NCBI GenBank assembly: GCA_963796145.1
Contig: CAWCKO010000072.1
Span: 381 to 64,380 of the forward strand
From: an uncultured Acidobacteriaceae bacterium
Lineage (GTDB): Bacteria; Acidobacteriota; Terriglobia; Terriglobales; Acidobacteriaceae
Direction of reading: 5' to 3'
Length of the DNA stretch: 64,000 nucleotides
Made by a program: the position numbers and the translations under genes. A model generated the notes under the pieces. The model did no database searches. It was not told the origin of the DNA and saw only the letters and a list, made by a program, of their open reading frames with translations. Of this stretch, positions 54,867 to 63,222 are shown one piece after another (positions within the stretch are counted from its first letter, which is position 1; each line of letters begins with the position of its first letter).

Positions 54867-56747
54867 ATGATCATGCCGATTTGCCGGACAGCTCCTGCAC
54901 TCGCGCTGCTTATGCTAACGGCGACCGCCACCAGCGCCGGCGCGCAAGTTACCCCAGTGGCGGCAATGAAGCTATTCGTGGACGAGACACAAGCCTATCG
55001 GCGGATAGCATTCGTGCATGAAGAGATTCGGGTACAGCCCGGACTCGTTTCACTTGCCTATCCGCGCTGGATTCCAGGCGAACACGGACCGACCGGCCCG
55101 ATTCAGAACCTTGCCGCGCTGCAGGTGCACTCCGCAAACCTGACCCTACACTGGACACGCGATCCCGACGACATCAACACCATCAACATCGAAGCCCCGC
55201 CCACCGCCGATGCCATCACGGTCGACTTCGACGTGTTATTGGAAAACACCATCTCTGATAAGCAGCTGCTGCTGAATTGGAATACTGCCGTCCTCTACCC
55301 GCGTAGCACCGATAAGCGGACGCTGATGATTGAACCCTCCGTTTTATTGCCACCCGGTTGGAAGCAAGGCAGTTCGTTAACGGTTCTCAGCCAGACTGGT
55401 GACAGGATAACTTTTGCACCAGCATCGCTCGAACGCCTGATCGACTCACCGGTGCTGGCCGGCCAGTTCTTTCGCGCGGTGCCACTGGCATCTGTGTGGC
55501 CGGCCGAACTCGATATCACAGGAGACAGCCCGTCCGCTGTCGACAAGGCCGATGACGCGCACGCATTTACTCTATTTGGACGACTGATCGACGAGGATCA
55601 AGCCATGTTCGGTTTCCGGCATTGGCAGACCATGCACCTTCTTGTCTCGCAGAGTGAGGCGGTTCCCTTCGACGGGTTGGAGCATGAGGACTCTCCCTAC
55701 GATGCTGTCGGTGACGCAGGACTCTCAAAGCCGGATCAACTGGAAGGCCTCGGCTGGGGGCTGTTGGCGCATGAACAATCGCACTCCTGGGACGGGAAGT
55801 ACCGGCGTCCCGCGGAGCTGTACTCCAAACCCGATTATCAAGGGCCTGAACGGACTTCGATGCTCTGGGTCTACGAAGGCTTAAACCAATATATTGGAAT
55901 GCTGCTCGCCACACGCGCCGGCTTCAACGACGCACCTTACATGCGGGACGCCCTCGGGAGTATAGCCTCAGACCTCGCTCAAGAACTCGGCCGCGAATCG
56001 ACACCTCTTGTCGATACGGCAACACAAGACTGGGTGCTCCGCTCAGCCCGCGGCGGGTGGTCTTCACTGCGCCGCCGCCAGGACTACTACGACGAAGGAG
56101 CGCTGATCTGGCTCCGGGCCGATACGATAATCCGGGAACAATCGCACGACCGCGTTTCGCTCGACGACTTCCTGCGCAGCTTTTTTGGCCAGCACGACAC
56201 ACCGCCGACGGTGGTTCCGTACACCCGGGCCGATGTGGAAGCATCGCTTTCAGCAATATGGCCTTATGACTGGCATGCCTTCTTTGAGCAGCGAATCTAC
56301 CAGGTGAACAGTCAACCGCCAACCGATGGCCTTGAGGCTGCAGGTTGGCGCCTGGTATACAACCCGGCCCCGAATAATAAGATCTTCTATGCCGATCTGC
56401 CCGGCGTTCCCACTTACTATGCAACCGCTTCCATCGGCATTCTGCTGAAGAAGGATGGAACCATCTACGACGTCGTGCCCGGCACGCCGGCCTATGACGC
56501 AGGCTTAGGGCCATCGATGAAGGTGGTAGCAGTCGATGGTCGCCCCTACTCTCCCGAAGCGTTGACCGAATCGATTGCCCATCCGCCAAATGGCAAGATC
56601 TCACTGATTGTTCGTAACTTCGACACCGTACAAACCCGCGAAATTCAATATGCAGGGGGCGTACGTAATCCGCACCTCGAACGAATTCCCGGAAGCCATG
56701 ATTACCTCAGCGAGATCCTGGCCCCTCGAACCCCCGCAAAGCATTAG
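54867..56747 (+). CDS. M61 family metallopeptidase (glycyl aminopeptidase-like) with C-terminal PDZ domain
   Basis: Signal peptide. LLAHEQSHSWDGKYRRP (HExxH + W). C-terminal GILLKKDGTIYDVVPGTPAYDAGLGPSMKVVAVDG is PDZ-like. Confidence 0.75.
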   Translation: MIMPICRTAPALALLMLTATATSAGAQVTPVAAMKLFVDETQAYRRIAFVHEEIRVQPGLVSLAYPRWIPGEHGPTGPIQNLAALQVHSANLTLHWTRDPDDINTINIEAPPTADAITVDFDVLLENTISDKQLLLNWNTAVLYPRSTDKRTLMIEPSVLLPPGWKQGSSLTVLSQTGDRITFAPASLERLIDSPVLAGQFFRAVPLASVWPAELDITGDSPSAVDKADDAHAFTLFGRLIDEDQAMFGFRHWQTMHLLVSQSEAVPFDGLEHEDSPYDAVGDAGLSKPDQLEGLGWGLLAHEQSHSWDGKYRRPAELYSKPDYQGPERTSMLWVYEGLNQYIGMLLATRAGFNDAPYMRDALGSIASDLAQELGRESTPLVDTATQDWVLRSARGGWSSLRRRQDYYDEGALIWLRADTIIREQSHDRVSLDDFLRSFFGQHDTPPTVVPYTRADVEASLSAIWPYDWHAFFEQRIYQVNSQPPTDGLEAAGWRLVYNPAPNNKIFYADLPGVPTYYATASIGILLKKDGTIYDVVPGTPAYDAGLGPSMKVVAVDGRPYSPEALTESIAHPPNGKISLIVRNFDTVQTREIQYAGGVRNPHLERIPGSHDYLSEILAPRTPAKH

Positions 56748-56769
56748 CGAGCAGAGGAGCAATGGATGC

Positions 56770-56940
56770 TCATTTCTTCCGTAGAGCGTTCCATTGTCCA
56801 TCGGCCCGGCCCTCCACCTTCATTCGCCCCTTCGCTGAATCTCCATCAATCCAACCGGCCAGGGTCGCAGTCACAGGCGCCGGCTTTTCCCCCGGCCAAG
56901 TTCCATTGAACGTCAGCTCGACATACCCGTTGCGCCACAT
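56770..56940 (-). CDS. possible 56-aa small protein (below the track cutoff)
   Basis: Own translation: MWRNGYVELTFNGTWPGEKPAPVTATLAGWIDGDSAKGRMKVEGRADGQWNALRKK. Protein-like composition, no family recognised. It could be the tail of a decayed gene. Confidence 0.3.
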   Translation of the reverse strand: MWRNGYVELTFNGTWPGEKPAPVTATLAGWIDGDSAKGRMKVEGRADGQWNALRKK

Positions 56941-56968
56941 GCCGCTGAATGCTGCTCGGCGGGTCGTC

Positions 56969-57163
56969 CTAGGCCAGTTGCGCTTCCTTAACCTGCTTCA
57001 GGGCGATCTCGACCGCCACCAGAACGGCCTGATCGGCTTGGGTCAGCGTCTCTCGCGCCGGCGAGCCCTTATATGAATCACGCAATCGCTCCAGTGCTTC
57101 AATGGAGTCCTGTGGCGCCGTGAACGGCAGAACACGAGTAGATATGTGGCTTGGCTGAAGCAT
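56969..57163 (-). CDS. hypothetical 64-aa protein
   Basis: ORF only. A helical-looking C-terminus (DSIEALERLRDSY..AVLVAVEIALKQVKEAQLA). Confidence 0.25.
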   Translation of the reverse strand: MLQPSHISTRVLPFTAPQDSIEALERLRDSYKGSPARETLTQADQAVLVAVEIALKQVKEAQLA

Positions 57164-57182
57164 GTTTCACTCTCCAACCGGA

Positions 57183-57368
57183 TCAATCTGGAAGACGACG
57201 GATTGGAATAGCGGACGCTTCATCAAATTCCGATCCGCAAGAATCAATGAAGAGTTCGGGAAGAAACTCCGTCGGAGCAAAAGCATACTGAGTCCGGATT
57301 GATCCGTCATTCAACAAATCAATCGCTGGGCACGGCAGTAACCCATGGTAGTAATACCCGCGCCGCAT
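57183..57368 (-). CDS. hypothetical 61-aa protein
   Basis: ORF only, in tandem with 56969..57163. Confidence 0.2.
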   Translation of the reverse strand: MRRGYYYHGLLPCPAIDLLNDGSIRTQYAFAPTEFLPELFIDSCGSEFDEASAIPIRRLPD

Positions 57369-57423
57369 CGGGCGATGAGCGCTCCCCCGACCTGCTAAGG
57401 GCTCGGAGATTTACCATGAGAAT

Positions 57424-58083
57424 ATGCATGAACTTGTCGACGAAAGAAAGCAGAAGATCGATCTGGAGACGTGGGAGCGCCGCGCCCTCTTCGATTTTTT
57501 CCGGGTTTTCAGCGAGCCCTACCACGGTGTCTGCATTCGCGTAGACTGCACCGCAACCTACAACTTCGCAAAGGTGCAAGGTCTCTCGGTCTTTCTGTCA
57601 CTTCTGCATCGATCCCTCGTAGCCGCGCAACAGGTTGAGAACTTCCGCACGCGCATCGTCGATGGCACGGTCTGGCGCTATGAAGTGGTCGATGGCGGCA
57701 GCGCGGTTGGACGTCCGAACGGCACCATCGGATTCGCTCATTATCCTTACCGGGAGCGCATCGAAGAATTCGTGGGCGATGCTTCCGTCGAAGTGGAGCG
57801 GGTGCGGAAGCGGGATGATGTGGAGCGATTCACGGAAGCCAATCTGATTCGCTATTCGACGTTGCCCTGGTTCGACTTCACTTCCATTTCGCATGCGAGG
57901 GACTTCTCCACAGACGATTCTGCGCCGCGGATCACCTTCGGCAAGATTACAGAGACCGACGGCCGCCGCACGATGCCGGTATCGATTCATGTGCACCACG
58001 CACTGGCTGACGGCCTGCATGTAGCCCAGTTCGTAGACCATTTTCAGAAGCTGTTAGATGCACCGGATTCGCATCCCCTATAG
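57424..58083 (+). CDS. type A chloramphenicol O-acetyltransferase family protein
   Basis: 219 aa. IDLETWERRALFDFF.., STLPWFDFTSISHA, and the catalytic-His context PVSIHVHHALADGLHVAQF (compare HHAVCDGFH of CAT). Confidence 0.85.
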   Translation: MHELVDERKQKIDLETWERRALFDFFRVFSEPYHGVCIRVDCTATYNFAKVQGLSVFLSLLHRSLVAAQQVENFRTRIVDGTVWRYEVVDGGSAVGRPNGTIGFAHYPYRERIEEFVGDASVEVERVRKRDDVERFTEANLIRYSTLPWFDFTSISHARDFSTDDSAPRITFGKITETDGRRTMPVSIHVHHALADGLHVAQFVDHFQKLLDAPDSHPL

Positions 58084-58132
58084 GAGCGCGCGGCACGCCT
58101 TTCAGGCGGAGGCATAACATGACGGGACCGAA

Positions 58133-58423
58133 CTAGAGGCCATCGTGGGCTTGTGCAGCCTTTTCGAGGGCGCTCTCGATTTCCGCCAGCACTCTATGGG
58201 CAGCCAATGGTGGCGCTCCAGCCAGGTAGTAGTCTCTTACACGCATCAAGGCCGCCGTTAAGATCTGATTGCTCTTGACGATCCGGGGCAACCAAACATC
58301 AAGGATGCCGTCGATAGCAGCCTGCGAATCAGGAAACTCAATCACGGCGTCAGGAGACCACTTTGGCAGGTTCATAGGTTGATTCGATGGCGATGATGCA
58401 AACAACGGAACGTCGGTACCCAT
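58133..58423 (-). CDS. hypothetical protein (96 aa)
   Basis: ORF with reasonable composition, convergent with the CAT-like gene. No family recognised. Confidence 0.4.
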   Translation of the reverse strand: MGTDVPLFASSPSNQPMNLPKWSPDAVIEFPDSQAAIDGILDVWLPRIVKSNQILTAALMRVRDYYLAGAPPLAAHRVLAEIESALEKAAQAHDGL

Positions 58424-58650
58424 CCGGATGACGGCAATTGAACTTCAGAGCAAAGCAGAGGAAACATTCGGTCTCACCACTCGGATCATTGAGTCTGCCT
58501 GGGCCATCCCCCCGAACGGCCCAGGCAGGCCATAATTAGCGGAATCTCGATACCGCTTTATCGGATGGTGACATGTCTGGGCGAATCGTTTCATGTCCGG
58601 AACCAATGCAGTATCCTCCTGACCCGTACCCGCAACGAGACGGAGAGAAC

Positions 58651-58895
58651 GCCGGATTCACCCGCCAATTAGTTTTCTGACATTTCACAGACGAAGGGTA
58701 AGACATTTTGAACAAGAAAGCCCCTTTGGATGCTGATGTTCGGGCTTTGTCTCAATCAGGGCCCGACTTAAAGTCGGGCCCCGATACCAAAGCACCCAGT
58801 TGATGGCTACCAGAAAAACTCGCGCATTTTGGCAGAGATGGAACCTATCCACCGGCTGTGAAATGTAGAAACTTAACACGCCGGATTCTCCGGCG
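58651..58895. repeat. MITE-like ~210-bp element with ~22-bp terminal inverted repeats, flanked by 16-nt imperfect direct repeats
   Basis: TIRs are AATTAGTTTTCTGACATTTCACAG (58667..58690) and CTGTGAAATGTAGAAACTTAAC (58856..58877). Flanks are GCCGGATTCACCCGCC (58651..58666) and GCCGGATTCTCCGGCG (58880..58895). Inside are AAAGCCC..GGGCTTT and GGGCCCGACT-TAA-AGTCGGGCCC hairpins. Confidence 0.5.
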
Positions 58896-58951
58896 AACGC
58901 GGTTGTGGTATGGCTTTGTTACACTCCTCGTATTTCGCGAGAGGTCGAGGA

Positions 58952-59857
58952 ATGGCACCGCTGGTGGAGCTGGATCGCGTATCGAAAGTGTACGAGCACA
59001 AGGCGGCGGTGCGCGCTCTGAGTCTGAGGATCGAGGCGGGAACGATGTTTGGCCTGCTGGGGCCGAACGGAGCGGGCAAGACATCGAGCATTCGCATGAT
59101 GGTGGGGATTACCATACCTGATTCCGGCACAGTAAGCCTGTTTGGGCGGCCATTTACGCGCGAGAGCCTGGTGAAGGTTGGCTACCTTCCGGAAGAGCGC
59201 GGGCTCTATCGAAAGATGAAGGTGATCGATCAGCTCATCTTTATGGGCCAGCTCCACGGACTGACCGCGGATCTCGCCGCGAAGCGCTCGCGCGCATGGT
59301 GCGAACGGCTGAAAATAATCGATGCGGCACAGAGCAGGACAGATGAGCTTTCCAAAGGAATGCAGCAGAAGATCCAGTTTATAGTGACCCTGCTGCACGA
59401 GCCTGAATTGATCATCATGGACGAGCCCTTCGCGGGGCTTGATCCGGTGAACGCGACCTTGCTGCAGGACACCCTGCTGAATCTAAAGAAGTCCGGGCGG
59501 GCCATTCTGTTCTCGACCCATCGCATGGACCAGGCTGAGAAGCTGTGTGATGAGATTTGTCTGATCCATCGTGGGGAGGCCGTGCTCTCGGGCAGCATGC
59601 GCGACGTGAAATCACGTTACGAACGCAACCGGGTGATTATTGATTTCGAGGGTGAAGACGGATTTCTGAACCATGAGGCCATTGCCGAATGCAAGCAGTA
59701 CCCGGGCCACGTGGAGATCAGACTCAAGGAGCATGCCGATGCGCAGGCGTTATTGCGCGCAGCCGAGCAACACGCCCAGATTTACCGCTTTGAGCTTGTA
59801 GAGCCGTCACTGGAAGAAATTTTCATCCAGACGGTAGGGGAGAAAGTGGATGCGTGA
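58952..59857 (+). CDS. ABC transporter ATP-binding protein (ABC-2/NatA-like)
   Basis: GLLGPNGAGKTS (Walker A), LSKGMQQK (signature), LIIMDEPFAGLD (Walker B). Start at MAPLVELDRV after a GAGGTCGAGGA RBS. Confidence 0.9.
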   Translation: MAPLVELDRVSKVYEHKAAVRALSLRIEAGTMFGLLGPNGAGKTSSIRMMVGITIPDSGTVSLFGRPFTRESLVKVGYLPEERGLYRKMKVIDQLIFMGQLHGLTADLAAKRSRAWCERLKIIDAAQSRTDELSKGMQQKIQFIVTLLHEPELIIMDEPFAGLDPVNATLLQDTLLNLKKSGRAILFSTHRMDQAEKLCDEICLIHRGEAVLSGSMRDVKSRYERNRVIIDFEGEDGFLNHEAIAECKQYPGHVEIRLKEHADAQALLRAAEQHAQIYRFELVEPSLEEIFIQTVGEKVDA

Positions 59858-61130
59858 GGCATTGCTGATCGCGCCGCGTGAGTATGTGGAGCGGATTCGC
59901 AGTAAGGCCTTCCGCATCAGCACGGTGCTGATCCCGATGGTATTTGGGTTGATTTTCGGTATCGGCGCTCTCTCGGGCAAACTTATCGGTGGCGCGAGGC
60001 ATATCGTGGTGGCGTCGAACGATCCGGTGCTGGCTGAGAGCGAGCGAGCGGAGCTGATGGGGGCAGCAGGTGCAGGGAATGAGAGAAGAAATGGCCAGTC
60101 TTCGGCCTTGAGAGTGGAGGTGAAGGCTCCGGTTACGGAGGACGAACTGGAGGCCCTGAACGCGGAAGTGGAGAGCAAGCGGATTGATGGCTATTTGTGG
60201 CTTGATGTAAGGCCGGGAATGACCCGGCCCGAGGCGACATACACCTCACGAGGGTCGGCGGATTTTGTTGCAAGGGATAGGATGCAATCAACGATCGGCC
60301 ACGCTCTGGTTCGGGAAGAGCTGGTGAAGCGCGGCGCGACCAATGAAGAAATAGAGGCCTCGTTCAAGGAAATAGACCTGAGGACGCAACAGGTGAAGAA
60401 CGGCAGAGCCGTGGCGGCAGACGCGGGCAAGGGGTTCTGGAGCGCGTATGTGATGACATTTATGCTGTACTTCGCAGTGGTGTTTTATGGCGTGAACGTG
60501 GCGCATTCCGTGGCGGCGGAAAAGACTTCGCGGGTATTTGAAGTGCTGCTGGCTTCGGCCAAGCCGGAGTCGCTGATGCTAGGCAAGCTGTTGGGTGTAG
60601 GCGCGGTGGGACTGACCCAGATGGGGGTGTGGATCGGCTTGATTCTGCTGCTGAGCGCGTCGTCTCTGGGGATGACCCTGGAGCCTGGCGGTCTGGCGGC
60701 GTATGGCGTGACACCTCTGCGGCTGATTTTCTTTTTGCTCTATTTCGTCCTGGGATTTTTCTTTTACGGCGCGCTGAGTGCGGGCCTCGGCGCCACCGTC
60801 AGCCAGGAGTCAGAGGTCCAGCAGTTCAGCATGCTCCTGGTGTTGCCGCAGGTGATTGGGCTGGTGCTGATTGTGTACATCCTGAGCAATCCAGCTGCGT
60901 GGCCGGTAGTGTTGTTGTCGCTATTTCCGCCCTGCACGCCGATTGTGATGTGTTTACGCATGGCAGCCATGGCGGTTCCGGCGTGGCAACTCGCTCTCTC
61001 GCTGGTGCTGATGGTGTTGTCCATCTACGGGATGGTGTGGATTGCTTCGCGGATCTATCGCGTCGGCATCCTGATGTATGGCAAGCGGCCGACTCTGCCG
61101 GAGATGCTGCGCTGGCTGAAGTACAGCTGA
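59850..61130 (+). CDS. ABC-2 type transporter permease (NatB-like)
   Basis: 426 aa. N-terminal TM, a large extracytoplasmic loop, then 5 TM segments. Its ATG overlaps the ATPase gene end. Confidence 0.8.
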   Translation: MREALLIAPREYVERIRSKAFRISTVLIPMVFGLIFGIGALSGKLIGGARHIVVASNDPVLAESERAELMGAAGAGNERRNGQSSALRVEVKAPVTEDELEALNAEVESKRIDGYLWLDVRPGMTRPEATYTSRGSADFVARDRMQSTIGHALVREELVKRGATNEEIEASFKEIDLRTQQVKNGRAVAADAGKGFWSAYVMTFMLYFAVVFYGVNVAHSVAAEKTSRVFEVLLASAKPESLMLGKLLGVGAVGLTQMGVWIGLILLLSASSLGMTLEPGGLAAYGVTPLRLIFFLLYFVLGFFFYGALSAGLGATVSQESEVQQFSMLLVLPQVIGLVLIVYILSNPAAWPVVLLSLFPPCTPIVMCLRMAAMAVPAWQLALSLVLMVLSIYGMVWIASRIYRVGILMYGKRPTLPEMLRWLKYS

Positions 61131-61172
61131 TGGCGCGCAGTTCTGTTTGCCCCTGACAACAAATACGGCCGG

Positions 61173-62156
61173 TCAATCCTGCAGAACCCGCGCAAACAGC
61201 TCGCGATCGACGTTGCCGCCCGAGGCTACCAGGCCGACGCATATTCCCCGCAACAGGTGTTTCTCTTTCAATGCGGCAGCCAGTCCGGCTGCACCCGCTC
61301 CTTCCACCACGTTATGGGTATCGGTGAAGTAGATCCTCATCGCTGCGCCTATCTCCTGCTCGCTCACCAGTACGATGCGCTCTACGTTGTCGAGTATTAC
61401 CTCGAGAGCGGCTTCGTCGGGCACGCGGCACGCCATTCCGTCCGCCAGCAGGGTGCTTACCGGGGCGGCGACCGCACGGCCTGCTTCGAACGACAGGGCA
61501 TACGCAGGAGCGTCCTCGGCGACCACGCCGACAATCTTTGTCTTCAACCCCAGCCCGTTGCGAACCGCGCAGCAGGAGCAGATGCCCGAACCCTGGCCAA
61601 TCGGCACGTACACCAAATCCAGGCCGGGCGCTGCGGAAAAGAACTCCAGCCAATAGGTGGCAACCCCCTTGACGATGTCGCGGTGGTAGTTGGGAACAAA
61701 GTGCCAGTTATGCTGTCCTGCGAGGCTTTGGGCGTGCTCCTTTGCTTCCTGGAAGTCGCTGCCGAATTCAATTAGCTGGGCGCCCTGCGCCCGCATCGCG
61801 GCATTCTTCGCTGCGCTGTTTCCTGACGGCACAACGATGTGAGCGGGAACGTTAAATCTTTTCGCCGCCAGTGCCACGGCCTGGCCGTGGTTGCCGCGCG
61901 TGGCAGTAATCAGTCCCGGCACGGCGCCCGCGTTGCGAAACAGCTCCGCTGCGTAAACTACAGCGGTCCGCGCCTTGAACGCGCCGATCGGAGTGTGGTT
62001 CTCGTGCTTAACCCAGACTTCCGTTCCCAGCCGCTCGCATAACAAAGGCCAAACAAACTGCGGAGTCGGCGGCATCACACCATAAACCAGTCGCTGCGCG
62101 TCGCCGATCTCCTCCATCGTCGGCAGACCGAACCTATCGAGAGCTGTTGTCGTCAT
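61173..62156 (-). CDS. PLP-dependent threonine/serine dehydratase family enzyme
   Basis: VWVKHENHTPIGAFKARTAVV (PLP-Lys), TATRGNHGQAVA, VPIGQGSGI, and C-terminal GGN are PALP fold motifs. Confidence 0.8.
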   Translation of the reverse strand: MTTTALDRFGLPTMEEIGDAQRLVYGVMPPTPQFVWPLLCERLGTEVWVKHENHTPIGAFKARTAVVYAAELFRNAGAVPGLITATRGNHGQAVALAAKRFNVPAHIVVPSGNSAAKNAAMRAQGAQLIEFGSDFQEAKEHAQSLAGQHNWHFVPNYHRDIVKGVATYWLEFFSAAPGLDLVYVPIGQGSGICSCCAVRNGLGLKTKIVGVVAEDAPAYALSFEAGRAVAAPVSTLLADGMACRVPDEAALEVILDNVERIVLVSEQEIGAAMRIYFTDTHNVVEGAGAAGLAAALKEKHLLRGICVGLVASGGNVDRELFARVLQD

Positions 62157-62219
62157 GGACTCATTATGCTCCCCGGCCCGGCACCTTTGGGGGTCTTTGT
62201 CACAAGTCTGGGTCAGTCC

Positions 62220-62789
62220 CTACTTCTTTGGACGGGATTCTGGTGGCACCAGGCCGGCGACTCGATAATAGACGACCAACTGGCCGTAGTGCTCTCCAGA
62301 ATGCTCGAGGAATCCCCACGCTTGATCCGACATGCGAACTTGTTGTGGATTTTTGGAGAAAGGATCTAACGACAACTCACTCATACCACTGTCGCCTTTT
62401 TCCTTGATGAGTGCGGCGCCATCCGCGAACGACTTCTTCACGAAGGCCACGACTTCGGCCTTGCTCTTGTACTGGTCGCGCTTGGGATCTCCTTGGGGCG
62501 GCTTTCGGCCAAGGAAAGGGTTGATGAAAAAGTAGTTCGCGTTCGCCGCATGCAGCAGCTGCTCCGCGAAGCTGCGCTCGACAGGATTTGGTTTGAAATC
62601 GTATTTATCTTCAGGAAAATCTTCTGCCATAGCTGTTAGCTTTCGCCCTATGTCATTCCAGTTATCCAGCAAAACCTGTGAGGGGCTTGCGGGCGGCTTT
62701 GGCGCTTGATTCTTGACTTGATCCTGTGTATGAGCAGGCAGCGCGTTTACTACCAGTGCTAGAACAACTGCGACAAGCGTCTTCTTCAT
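62220..62789 (-). CDS. secreted DinB family protein
   Basis: GGAGG RBS. Signal peptide MKKTLVAVVLALVVNALPAHTQ. SFAEQLLHAANANYFF .. FLEHSGEHYGQLVVYYR is a DinB-like His pattern. Confidence 0.7.
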   Translation of the reverse strand: MKKTLVAVVLALVVNALPAHTQDQVKNQAPKPPASPSQVLLDNWNDIGRKLTAMAEDFPEDKYDFKPNPVERSFAEQLLHAANANYFFINPFLGRKPPQGDPKRDQYKSKAEVVAFVKKSFADGAALIKEKGDSGMSELSLDPFSKNPQQVRMSDQAWGFLEHSGEHYGQLVVYYRVAGLVPPESRPKK

Positions 62790-62853
62790 CTGACGAGCCT
62801 CCATAGGCACTTTCCCGTGTAATTATCATCTTAGTGTTCAGTACCGGTTTTGG

Positions 62854-62886
62854 CTGTCCAGAATCTGTCCAGAATCTGTCCAGAAT
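62854..62886. repeat. 3 x 11-nt perfect tandem repeat CTGTCCAGAAT
   Basis: 62854..62864, 62865..62875 and 62876..62886, about 65 nt upstream of the DinB ATG in a 412-nt divergent intergenic region. Confidence 0.9.
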
Positions 62887-63222
62887 TAAGTGGATATACG
62901 TGATCTGACAAAAGTGGTCGTCAGTTTCGGCTCTAGCTGGGGCTTGTTGCTCTGGGAGCCAATGGCTATATGAAATCACCGCGGAGTGGAGATTTGCACA
63001 CCACCGCTTTTGGCCGGTAGGTACGCTTGGCAGGGCAGCACGCGGCATCAAGGATTGGCAATGCCATGTCTTTTCTTATCTTATGTTGCAAGCGGGAGAG
63101 ACAGGCATACACTGGATGCCGTTGTTGAAGTCAAAAAAGGAGATTCCCGCTAAGTGGCTTCGCATCGATAGGGCCTGCTGCGAGGTCGCTCATCAGCCAG
63201 CTGCAAATGGGAGGGTACTCTC

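Noticed and set aside
62854-62886. CRISPR array hypothesis for the short tandem repeats (also 38835..38864 and 39602..39619)
   Set aside because: The repeats are contiguous with no spacers, only 9-16 nt long and 2-3 copies each. No cas genes are present in the window.
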